A stretch of DNA of 24,000 bases, from positions 46,205 to 70,204 of the forward strand of contig NZ_JBALFC010000090.1 in NCBI RefSeq assembly GCF_036917755.1. Direction: 5' to 3'. Positions 14,814-22,561 of the stretch are shown one piece after another. Below the pieces are notes generated by a model. That model worked only from the letters and a program-made list of their open reading frames with translations, did no database searches and was not told the DNA's origin. Numbering within the stretch: the first letter of the stretch is position 1; the number at the start of each line of letters is the position of its first letter. Source of the DNA: Nostoc sp. (lineage in GTDB: Bacteria > Cyanobacteriota > Cyanobacteriia > Cyanobacteriales > Nostocaceae). Made by a program: the position numbers and the translations under genes.

Positions 14814-15290
14814 ATGAGCATAGTTACAGAATTGATTTTGAATGCTGATAGTGAATCTCGCTATCCTGCTCCCAAAGAGCTAAGAGTTTTTCAAGAATTT
14901 TTGAAAAGTGGAGAGCAGCGAATTCGCATTGCCAAAATATTATCACAGAACGAACAACAAATTGTCCAAAATGGTAGCCAAAAATTTTGGGAACGGTGTC
15001 CTAACACTCCCAGTAATAGCGGCAATGAGCGCAAGACAGCTTCTTGTCAACGCGACCAGGGTTGGTATGTCCGCTTAGTTGCCTATTCTATCTTAGCAGG
15101 CAGTGAGAAACCCCTGGAAGAAATTGGCACGATTGGCATTAAGGAAATGTACAACAATTTAGAAATTCCTCTCAGAAATATCGTTGAGGCTATGCGCTGC
15201 GTTAAAGATGAAGCCATATCTTTGCTGAGTGAGGAAGATGCAGTCGAAGTCGGACCTTATTTTGACTACATCATTAGAGCGTTGTCATAG
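14814..15290 (+). CDS. apcA2: Allophycocyanin alpha-type subunit, far-red paralog (158 aa)
   Basis: It is alpha-AP-like (MSIVTELILNAD...YFDYIIRALS). It carries the far-red-type signature FWERCPNTPSNSGN and SCQRDQGWYVRL where standard ApcA has PGGNAY and TCLRDLDYYLRL. The A2 name comes from gene order only. Confidence 0.65.
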   Translation: MSIVTELILNADSESRYPAPKELRVFQEFLKSGEQRIRIAKILSQNEQQIVQNGSQKFWERCPNTPSNSGNERKTASCQRDQGWYVRLVAYSILAGSEKPLEEIGTIGIKEMYNNLEIPLRNIVEAMRCVKDEAISLLSEEDAVEVGPYFDYIIRALS

Positions 15291-15394
15291 GAAAGTTAAG
15301 GATGAAGTATGAAGTTTAAAAAAGTAAGTTCTTACTTCATCTTTTCCTAACTGCTAATTACCAATATTTCGGAAATAAATTTAGGAGAAAAATA

Positions 15395-15880
15395 ATGCAA
15401 GATGCAATTACTGCTTTGATTAATACCTCTGACGTTCAAGGCAAATACTTAGATAATAGTTCTTTAGACAAGCTGCAAAGTTATTTCCAGAGTGGTGAAG
15501 TCCGTGCTCGTGCAGCCACCACAGTTAGTGCCAATGCTAAAAATATTGTCACTAAAGCAGTTGCTAAATCTCTACTTTACACGGATATTACTGGCCCTGG
15601 TGGGAATATGTATACTTGCCGTCGTTATGCAGCTTGTATCCGGGATTTAGATTATTTTCTGCGCTACGCCACCTATGCCATGTTAGCTGGTGATCCATCA
15701 ATTCTTGATGAGCGGATTCTAAATGGCTTGAGAGAAACTTACAACTCTTTGGGCGTTCCTGTTGGTGCAACTATCCGCTCGGTGCAAGCCCTGAAAGAAG
15801 TATCCACAAGCATCGTAGGTGCTGATGCGGGTAAAGAACTGGGTGTCTATTTCGACTACATTGCTTCTGGCTTGAGCTAA
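15395..15880 (+). CDS. apcB2: Allophycocyanin beta-type subunit, far-red paralog (161 aa)
   Basis: It starts [20 protein letters not shown], has [25 protein letters not shown], and ends [10 protein letters not shown]. An AGGAGA Shine-Dalgarno is upstream. Confidence 0.85.
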   Translation: MQDAITALINTSDVQGKYLDNSSLDKLQSYFQSGEVRARAATTVSANAKNIVTKAVAKSLLYTDITGPGGNMYTCRRYAACIRDLDYFLRYATYAMLAGDPSILDERILNGLRETYNSLGVPVGATIRSVQALKEVSTSIVGADAGKELGVYFDYIASGLS

Positions 15881-15886
15881 ATAATT

Positions 15887-16060
15887 GGGGAGTGGGGAGT
15901 AGGGAGTAGGGAGTAGGGAGTAGGGAGTAGGGAATTAAGAGTTAGGAGTTAGGAATTGAAAGTCAATCCATCTCCCTCATCCTCCTCATCCCCCTCATCC
16001 CCCTCATCCTCCTCATCCTCCTCATTCCCCCATTCCCCACTCCCCACTCCCCACTCCCCA
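15887..16060. repeat. Inverted STRR arrays filling the apcB2-apcD2 spacer
   Basis: The left array has 11 heptamer-phased units, GGGGAGT x2, AGGGAGT x4, then AGGGAAT/TAAGAGT/TAGGAGT/TAGGAAT/TGAAAGT (15887..15963). The right side has CCYCCTCAT 9-mers x6 (15972..16025), then TCCCCAC x4 (16033..16060). The TCCCCAC units are the reverse complement of the left-array unit. Confidence 0.9.
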
Positions 16061-16065
16061 CTCCT

Positions 16066-16545
16066 ATGAGCATTATTACAAAATCAATTGCTAGCGCTGA
16101 TCGGGAAGCTCGCTATCTCAATCCTGGTGAGTTAAACGCTATTCGCAACTTTTATGAAGGTGGATTTTCTCGGCTGCGTATTGCTGTAACTCTGACAGAA
16201 AATGAAGAAAAAATTGTCGAAAAGGCAAGTCTCAAGTTTTGGGAACGATGTCATGATACTCCCAGTAATAGTGGGAATAGAATTTATCGGTCTTCCTGTT
16301 TGCGTGACCAAGGTTGGTATATTCGTCTGATTACATATTCTATACTGCTGCAAGATATCGAGCCGCTCGCAGAAATTGGCACTATTGGGGTTCAGGAAAT
16401 GTATAACTCTTTAGAAATTCCACTCCCCAATCTAGTGATAGCAATTCGTTGTCTGAAAGAAGTTTCTTTAGACCTTTTTAATTTAGAAGATGCTGCGGAG
16501 TTAGCACCTTACTTTGACTACTTAATTCAGGAGTTGACACCTTAA
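16066..16545 (+). CDS. apcD2: Allophycocyanin alpha-type subunit, far-red paralog (159 aa)
   Basis: It starts MSIITKSIASADREARYLNPGEL, carries FWERCHDTPSNSGN and SCLRDQGWYIRL, and ends YFDYLIQELTP. The D2 name comes from gene order. Confidence 0.65.
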   Translation: MSIITKSIASADREARYLNPGELNAIRNFYEGGFSRLRIAVTLTENEEKIVEKASLKFWERCHDTPSNSGNRIYRSSCLRDQGWYIRLITYSILLQDIEPLAEIGTIGVQEMYNSLEIPLPNLVIAIRCLKEVSLDLFNLEDAAELAPYFDYLIQELTP

Positions 16546-16584
16546 GGAAGAGTTAGGAGTTAGGAGTTAAGAATTTTGAATTAA

Positions 16585-16690
16585 TACAGCAGATTTCAAG
16601 TTGATGAAGTACACAAGCTAAGTCTTAAAGCTAGGTATAAAGCCTGTTTTACTTCTGAATTCTGAATTCTGAATTCTGAATTATGCTGTA
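16585..16690. mobile_element. Copy B (uninterrupted, 106 bp) of the TACAGCAGA MITE
   Basis: It is TA-flanked, with inverted ends TACAGCAGATTTCAAG and CTGAATTATGCTGTA. It contains an internal CTGAATT heptamer run. It is homologous to 10100..10381 without the nested element. Confidence 0.7.
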
Positions 16691-16729
16691 ACTTCTAACT
16701 ATTACCAATTACCAATTACCTTTTTAACA

Positions 16730-18973
16730 ATGAATATAAAAGCAAGTGGTGGTAGCCCTGTTACTTACCCGCAAAGATATCAGACTTTACCTATTGCAGT
16801 AATTTCGCAATCTGAACAACAAGACCGCTATTTAAAGCAGACTGAAGTTGAGGAACTAGGAGCATTTTTTAGTTCTGGTAATCAGCGGTTAGAAATTCTG
16901 GAAACATTGACTCGTAATGCAGACGAAATTGTGTCTGCTGGAGCAAACCGGATTTTTTATGGTGGTTCGCCGATGGCTTATCTGGAAAAGCCTCAAGACC
17001 CTGTGGGATTACCTGGTTCTGGTTATTATGTGGCTGAGGATTACCTGACGGCGGCGAGGAGAAGTGGTGTTACTTCTAGTAAGGAACGCCTCAACTTAAC
17101 AGACAATCTAAACTTTTTTAATCCTTTGAGCGGTTGGTTGGAACGAGCGCGGACTCTTTTGACTGATAGAGAACCACTTCCTGGGGGTTTCCGCTTTATC
17201 AATATCTCTCGCTATGGGGCAACGAGAATGAAAAGATCCATGCGAGATTTAGCATGGTTCTTACGTTATATCACTTTTGCCATAGTTGCAGGAGATGACA
17301 GTATTCTGACAGCTAATGTTCGGGGATTACGCGGTGTCATTCCAGAAGATGTAACGGATGCTACTGTGGTTGCTCTCAAGGAAATGCAACGCCAATCCCT
17401 TACTTACTTCCCAGAAAATGCTGAGGCGGGGGAACTGATAAAGCAATCTTTTCAGACATTGATAACTGAATATTTAGCAGAAAAACCCTCAGTAAAACTC
17501 AGGGTTGGGGTTTCTAACGAACAGCAAGGTTTAGTATTACCTCAAAGTTATGCGATCGCGGCAGAACATCGACTAAAATTTGTGATCAAGTCGGTGCTAT
17601 CAGAAACGGAAAAGCAAGCGGCAATTCAAGCTGCTTATCGTCAAGTCTTTGAGCGCGATATCACCGCAACTTATGATTTTCCCGCTAGTGAATTGGAATC
17701 TCAGGTTAAAGGCGGTCAAATCTCGACGAAAGAGTTTATCCGCCGCTTGGGTAAATCCCGCCTCTACCGCCGCTTATTCTATGAACCGTTTACTATTAGT
17801 CGCGTTATCGAATTGGCGATGCGTCACTTTTTAGGACGGGGGTTGAGTTCTCTGGCGGAGTTTCAAGAATACTTTGCCATTATTACCAAAGGTGGTCTGC
17901 ATAAGCTGATAGATGCGTTGGTAGATTCCCAAGAATACGCTGATTATTTCACAGAAGAAACTGTACCATACCTGCGCGGCTTAGGTCAGGAAGCTCAAGA
18001 ATGCCGCAATTGGGGACCGCAACTGGAATTGTTAAAGTACAGCGCTTCTGTTCGCAAAGTTCCTCAGTTTCTCACCCTTTTTGGGAAGTATCAGAAACCT
18101 TTACCCAATCAGCATCCCTATGGTTCTGGTAATGACCCGCTAGAAATTCAGTTCGGTGCGATCTTTCCTGTGGAGACTTTGCCTGCAACGACTCTACACA
18201 ATTCTGCACCCTTTGGGAAAGATAATCGTCGCATCCTGATTAGTTCTGAAGGCTTTGGACAAGTTCCAGGCTCTTTGGGAAGGGTGATGAAGCTAGTACA
18301 GACAAATCACCGGAATGGTCATGAAACAAACGGTTCTAGCCCAAAATTGCCCACCGGACTTAGTATCAGCCTGACGGAAAATTCATCATCAGCAGTGATT
18401 CAGGCAGCTTATCGACAGATATTTGGGCGCGATGTTTTTGAAGGTCAGCGTTTAACATCTGTTGTGGAGTCAGAGTTATTATCTGGCGAAATTACGATGC
18501 GGGAGTTTATTCGTCAGTTAGCTAAGTCGAAATTATTCCGCAAAACCTATTGGGAACCTTTGTATGTAACTAAAGCGATTGAATACATCCATCGGCGGTT
18601 GTTGGGTCGTCCTACTTACGGACGTGAGGAAATGAATCGCTATTACGATATCTGTGCAAATCAGGGCTTCTACGCTTTGATTGACAAAATAATCGACAGT
18701 GCAGAATACATTGAAGTTTTTGGTGAAGATACGGTTCCCTATGAGCGGTATGTAACACCAAGGGGTTTGGCGATGCGACAGTCATCAGCTTCTCATGCTC
18801 TCAATATGTCAGAAAAATCGCTGCTTTCATCGCAATCGCAACTGGATCGATTTGTTCCTAACAACCGCAACGGCAAAGTACAACTTTTGCTAGAGTCCGC
18901 GAATGGACATGAGTTAAATGTCGAAATGTCAGCAGAACTGAGTTATGCAGAACCAGAGGTGAGCGATTTGTGA
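16730..18973 (+). CDS. apcE2: Phycobilisome core-membrane linker, short far-red paralog (747 aa)
   Basis: It has an N-terminal phycobiliprotein-like domain with a loop insertion. Only two REP linker domains are present (AIQAAYRQVFERD around aa 300 and VIQAAYRQIFGRD around aa 565). The phycobiliprotein-like domain has no cysteine: RGVIPEDVTDATVVALKE where standard ApcE has ENACS. Confidence 0.9.
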   Translation: MNIKASGGSPVTYPQRYQTLPIAVISQSEQQDRYLKQTEVEELGAFFSSGNQRLEILETLTRNADEIVSAGANRIFYGGSPMAYLEKPQDPVGLPGSGYYVAEDYLTAARRSGVTSSKERLNLTDNLNFFNPLSGWLERARTLLTDREPLPGGFRFINISRYGATRMKRSMRDLAWFLRYITFAIVAGDDSILTANVRGLRGVIPEDVTDATVVALKEMQRQSLTYFPENAEAGELIKQSFQTLITEYLAEKPSVKLRVGVSNEQQGLVLPQSYAIAAEHRLKFVIKSVLSETEKQAAIQAAYRQVFERDITATYDFPASELESQVKGGQISTKEFIRRLGKSRLYRRLFYEPFTISRVIELAMRHFLGRGLSSLAEFQEYFAIITKGGLHKLIDALVDSQEYADYFTEETVPYLRGLGQEAQECRNWGPQLELLKYSASVRKVPQFLTLFGKYQKPLPNQHPYGSGNDPLEIQFGAIFPVETLPATTLHNSAPFGKDNRRILISSEGFGQVPGSLGRVMKLVQTNHRNGHETNGSSPKLPTGLSISLTENSSSAVIQAAYRQIFGRDVFEGQRLTSVVESELLSGEITMREFIRQLAKSKLFRKTYWEPLYVTKAIEYIHRRLLGRPTYGREEMNRYYDICANQGFYALIDKIIDSAEYIEVFGEDTVPYERYVTPRGLAMRQSSASHALNMSEKSLLSSQSQLDRFVPNNRNGKVQLLLESANGHELNVEMSAELSYAEPEVSDL

Positions 18974-18975
18974 AA

Positions 18976-19060
18976 GGGGATGAGGGGGATGAAGAAAGTG
19001 TTTTCCCAATGCCCAATGCCCAAATCCAAAATCCAAAATCTAAAATCTAAAATCCAAAAT
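18976..19060. repeat. Composite STRR block: GGGGATGA x2, spacer, CCCAATG x2, AAATCCA/AAATCTA x5.5
   Basis: Tandem units are read directly. The block fills the whole apcE2-apcD3 spacer. Confidence 0.85.
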
Positions 19061-19064
19061 TGCT

Positions 19065-19586
19065 ATGAGTTTAGTCAAGCAGGTGATTCTGAACGCTGAT
19101 GAAGAATTGCGTTATCCTACCCCGGCAGAAATTCGGATGATTCAGAATTTTTGCGATTCGGGGGAACAACGGATTCGCATTGCTACAACTTTGGCAAAGA
19201 ACCAAAGTCGATTGGTAGAACGAGCTAGTGATAAGTTCTGGAAGGTGTGTCCGGTGACACCCAGTAATAGTGGCAATATGAGGAAGACTGCTTCCTGTCA
19301 ACGCGACCAAGGTTGGTATATCCGTTTAGTTGCTTACTGTATTTTGGCGGGGAATGAGCAACCTTTGGAAGATATTGGCACCATTGGAATGAAGGAAATG
19401 TATCAATCTTTGGGAATTCCGATTTTCAATTGGGTGGAGGCGGTGCGCTGTATCAAAGAAGCAGCACGGGAACTCTTGGGGGATGAGGATGCTGCGATCG
19501 CCACTCCTTATTTCGATCATATCATTCAAACTCTCGCCTCTCCGGGCCCTCCTTATTTTCAGAATAATGGTCGGACGGATTGGTAA
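19065..19586 (+). CDS. apcD3: Allophycocyanin alpha-type subunit, far-red paralog with a C-terminal extension (173 aa)
   Basis: It starts MSLVKQVILNADEELRYPTPAEI and carries FWKVCPVTPSNSGN and SCQRDQGWYIRL. After YFDHIIQTLA there is an extra tail, SPGPPYFQNNGRTDW. The D3 name comes from gene order. Confidence 0.65.
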   Translation: MSLVKQVILNADEELRYPTPAEIRMIQNFCDSGEQRIRIATTLAKNQSRLVERASDKFWKVCPVTPSNSGNMRKTASCQRDQGWYIRLVAYCILAGNEQPLEDIGTIGMKEMYQSLGIPIFNWVEAVRCIKEAARELLGDEDAAIATPYFDHIIQTLASPGPPYFQNNGRTDW

Positions 19587-19590
19587 ATTG

Positions 19591-19639
19591 TCATTGATCA
19601 TTGGTCATTAGTCATTAGTCATTGGTCATTGGTCATTAG
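19591..19639. repeat. STRR heptamer array TCATTGG/TCATTAG x7
   Basis: Tandem units lie directly upstream of psbD3 and are related to the classical TTGGTCA STRR. The same array, in the same orientation, recurs at 20721..20755. Confidence 0.9.
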
Positions 19640-19661
19640 TTATTTACAAAGGACAAATTAT

Positions 19662-20720
19662 ATGACTATAGCTCTCCGACGCGGTTACGCAGGCTGGGGA
19701 TGGTTTACTGTCCTTGATGACTGGCTGAAACGCGATCGCTTTGTATTTATCGGTTGGTCTGGTTTATTACTCTTCCCTTGCTCCTATATGGCATTGGGGG
19801 GATGGTTTACTGGCACAACGTTTGTTACTTCCTGGTACACTCACGGCATAGTTAGCTCTTACTTGGAAGGTTGCAATTTCCTAACTGCTGCGGTTTCCAC
19901 TCCTGCAAATAGTATGGGTCACTCCCTACTTTTCCTGTGGGGGCCGGAAGCTCAGGGAGATTTAAGGCGGTGGTTTCTAATTGGCGGTTTGTGGAATTTC
20001 GTCGCCTTTCATGGTGTCCTTGCTTTAATGGGTTTCATGTTGCGGCAAATGGAAATTGCGCGAACTGTGGGCATTCGTCCCTATAATGCGATCGCTTTTT
20101 CTGCACCGATTGCCGTTTTTGTTTCTGTATTCTTGATGTACCCTTTGGGTCAATCTAGCTGGTTTTTTGCTCCCAGCTTCGGGGTAGCTGCAATTTTCCG
20201 TTTTTTATTATTCTTTCAAGCTTTCCATAACTACACCCTCAACCCTTTCCACATGATGGGTGTGGGAGGTGTCTTAGGCGGAGCATTGTTGTGTGCAATA
20301 CACGGTGCCACGGTGGAAAATACTTTGTTTAAAGACACCACAGGTTTTAATACTTTTAGTGGCTTTAGCCCCACCCAATCTGAAGAAACTTACTCAATGG
20401 TGACAGCAAACCGCTACTGGTCGCAGATTTTTGGGATTGCCTTTTCTAACAAGCGGTGGCTGCACTTCTTCATGTTATTTGTGCCGGTAACTGGTTTGTG
20501 GATGAGTGCGATCGGTATGGTGGGTTTGGCGTTTAATTTGCGGGCATACGACTTTGTTAGCCAAGAGATACGAGCAGCAGAAGACCCAGAATTTGAAACG
20601 TTTTATACCAAAAACATTCTCTTGAATGAAGGGGCTAGAGCCTGGATGGCGCAAGGAGACCAACCCCACGAACACTTCCAGTTTCCAGAAGAAGTATTAC
20701 CTCGTGGAAATGCACTTTAG
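19662..20720 (+). CDS. psbD3: Photosystem II D2, far-red paralog (352 aa)
   Basis: The start is trimmed to [34 protein letters not shown]. It contains [36 protein letters not shown]. The leader AAAGGACAAAT (19648..19658) precedes the ATG. Confidence 0.93.
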   Translation: MTIALRRGYAGWGWFTVLDDWLKRDRFVFIGWSGLLLFPCSYMALGGWFTGTTFVTSWYTHGIVSSYLEGCNFLTAAVSTPANSMGHSLLFLWGPEAQGDLRRWFLIGGLWNFVAFHGVLALMGFMLRQMEIARTVGIRPYNAIAFSAPIAVFVSVFLMYPLGQSSWFFAPSFGVAAIFRFLLFFQAFHNYTLNPFHMMGVGGVLGGALLCAIHGATVENTLFKDTTGFNTFSGFSPTQSEETYSMVTANRYWSQIFGIAFSNKRWLHFFMLFVPVTGLWMSAIGMVGLAFNLRAYDFVSQEIRAAEDPEFETFYTKNILLNEGARAWMAQGDQPHEHFQFPEEVLPRGNAL

Positions 20721-20755
20721 TCATTGGTCATTGGTTATTAGTCATTAGTTATTGA
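20721..20755. repeat. STRR heptamer array TCATTGG/TTATTAG x5
   Basis: It begins 1 nt after the psbD3 stop and is in the same orientation as 19591..19639. Confidence 0.85.
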
Positions 20756-20776
20756 CAAATGACGAAGAGAGAAGTC

Positions 20777-20799
20777 TGAGCGCCGACTTCCGGCGCTCA
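20777..20799 (+). other. GC-rich 9-bp stem-loop between psbD3 and psbC2
   Basis: The structure is TGAGCGCCG-ACTTC-CGGCGCTCA, a perfect stem. No U-run follows, so it is more likely a processing or stability element than a terminator. Confidence 0.5.
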
Positions 20800-20834
20800 T
20801 AACTAAAGGGACAAAAGTCAAAGGACAAATAAAA

Positions 20835-22235
20835 ATGGAAACCTCTTTAGGTCGTTCTTCAACTAAACCGAAAATCAGTGCCCCAGCAGCAGAAGGTCGT
20901 GACCAAGCATCTACCGGATATGCTTGGTGGGCTGGTAATGCCCGTTTTATTAACTTGTCTGGTAAGTTTTTAGGCGCACACGTCGCCCATGCAGGCATAG
21001 TGGCTTTTTGGGCGGGAGCAATGTTGTTGTTTGAAGTCTCTCACTATGTCCCAGACAAGCCGATGTATGACCAGGGCTTAATTTTGATGCCGCACATCGC
21101 GACATTGGGTATTGGTGTGGGACAGGGGGGAGTAATTACAAGTGTCTTCCCATTTTTTGCGATCGCTGTGACGCATTTGATTGGCTCTGCCGTTTTAGGT
21201 ATTGGTGGTCTATATCATGCACTCAGAGGCCCCGAAAAGCTAGCTGGCTTTTTTGATTTCGATTGGAGTGATAAGGACAAAGTTACTAGTATCCTGGGCT
21301 ATCACCTAATCGCCTTGGGTGTGGCAGCGTTCTTACTTGTCGGCAAAGCCACGCTTTGGGGCGGCATATACGACACTTGGGCACCGGGCGGCGGTGATGT
21401 GCGCCTTGTTACCCAGCCCACGCTCGACCCCCGCATCATCTTTGGTTATCTGTTAAAAGGAATTACAGGTGGTGCAGGTAATATTGCTGGCGTTAATAAC
21501 CTAGAGGATTTGGTCGGCGGTCATATTTGGATGGGTAGCCTTCTAATTTTGGGTGGTATTTGGCATATTATCACCAAGCCCTTTAAATGGACTCACGGTA
21601 TTTTTACCTGGTCGGGTGAAGCTTACCTTTCACAAAGCTTAGGTAACGTTGCTGGGCAAGCTTTAATTGCATCCATGTTTATTTGGTTTAATAACACTGC
21701 CTATCCCAGTGAATTCTACGGCCCTTCAGGCCCAGAAGCATCGCAAGCCCAAGCCTTGACCTTCTTAGTGCGTGACCAAAAATTGGGGGCGAACGTCGCT
21801 TCGGCTCAAGGCCCCACAGGCTTAGGTAAATATTTAATGCGATCGCCTACAGGAGAAATCATCTTCGGTGGTGAAACAATGCGCTTCTGGGATACTAGGG
21901 CGCCTTGGCTAGAACCATTGCGCGGTGTCAACGGACTAGACATCGATAAGATTCAGCATGACATTCAACCCTGGCAAATTCGCCGCGCAGCAGAGTACAT
22001 GACTCATGCACCTTTAGGTTCTCTGAACTCAGTAGGTGGTGTATCGACCGAAATAAATGCTTTTAACTTCGTATCACCACGTACCTGGCTAGCTTCTGCA
22101 CACTTTATCTTTGCTTTCCTGTTCTTAGTTGGTCATCTTTGGCACGCTGGACGCGCCCGCGCCGCCGCCGCCGGTTTTGAAAGAGGTTTGGAGCGTGAAG
22201 ACGAGCCAGTTAGGTCTATGAATCCACTGGATTAG
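20835..22235 (+). CDS. psbC2: Photosystem II CP43, far-red paralog (466 aa)
   Basis: It contains [54 protein letters not shown] (the Mn-cluster Glu and Arg region) and [16 protein letters not shown]. The leader AAAGGACAAAT (20820..20830) precedes the ATG. Confidence 0.93.
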   Translation: METSLGRSSTKPKISAPAAEGRDQASTGYAWWAGNARFINLSGKFLGAHVAHAGIVAFWAGAMLLFEVSHYVPDKPMYDQGLILMPHIATLGIGVGQGGVITSVFPFFAIAVTHLIGSAVLGIGGLYHALRGPEKLAGFFDFDWSDKDKVTSILGYHLIALGVAAFLLVGKATLWGGIYDTWAPGGGDVRLVTQPTLDPRIIFGYLLKGITGGAGNIAGVNNLEDLVGGHIWMGSLLILGGIWHIITKPFKWTHGIFTWSGEAYLSQSLGNVAGQALIASMFIWFNNTAYPSEFYGPSGPEASQAQALTFLVRDQKLGANVASAQGPTGLGKYLMRSPTGEIIFGGETMRFWDTRAPWLEPLRGVNGLDIDKIQHDIQPWQIRRAAEYMTHAPLGSLNSVGGVSTEINAFNFVSPRTWLASAHFIFAFLFLVGHLWHAGRARAAAAGFERGLEREDEPVRSMNPLD

Positions 22236-22257
22236 GTATTTGGGACTGGGGAGCAGA

Positions 22258-22341
22258 GGGAGATGAGGGAGATGAGAGAGACAAGGAGAATACCCAATGC
22301 CCAATGCCCAATGCCCAATACCCAATGCCCCATGCCCAAAT
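22258..22341. repeat. Composite STRR block: GGGAGATGA x2, spacer, CCCAATG-type x7
   Basis: GGGAGATGAGGGAGATGAGAGAGACAAGGAGAATA is followed by CCCAATG x3, CCCAATA, CCCAATG, CCCCATG and CCCAAAT (22293..22341). It has the same architecture as the reverse complement of the block inside rfpA. Confidence 0.9.
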
Positions 22342-22512
22342 TAGATTTTCAGAAAATTATTGCTCCCATAGTTGGGAATATTGCGATCGCCTTTTTTTCT
22401 GTGCTTGTAATGTTGTTGAAAACCTTTTTTCCCAAATCCATATCAGGCACATACCTGCAACTGTTTTTCTAAAAGTTAAGAGCCATGAATTCAAAACTCC
22501 TAACTCTTGTAC

Positions 22513-22532
22513 AGACGCGATTAATCGCGTCT
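22513..22532. promoter_or_regulatory. Perfect 20-bp palindrome in the psbB2 leader or promoter
   Basis: AGACGCGATTAATCGCGTCT is flanked by direct CTCCTAACT repeats. It ends 30 nt upstream of the psbB2 ATG and 16 nt before the AAGGAG Shine-Dalgarno. Confidence 0.5.
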
Positions 22533-22561
22533 CTCCTAACTTTTTACAAGGAGCATAACAA

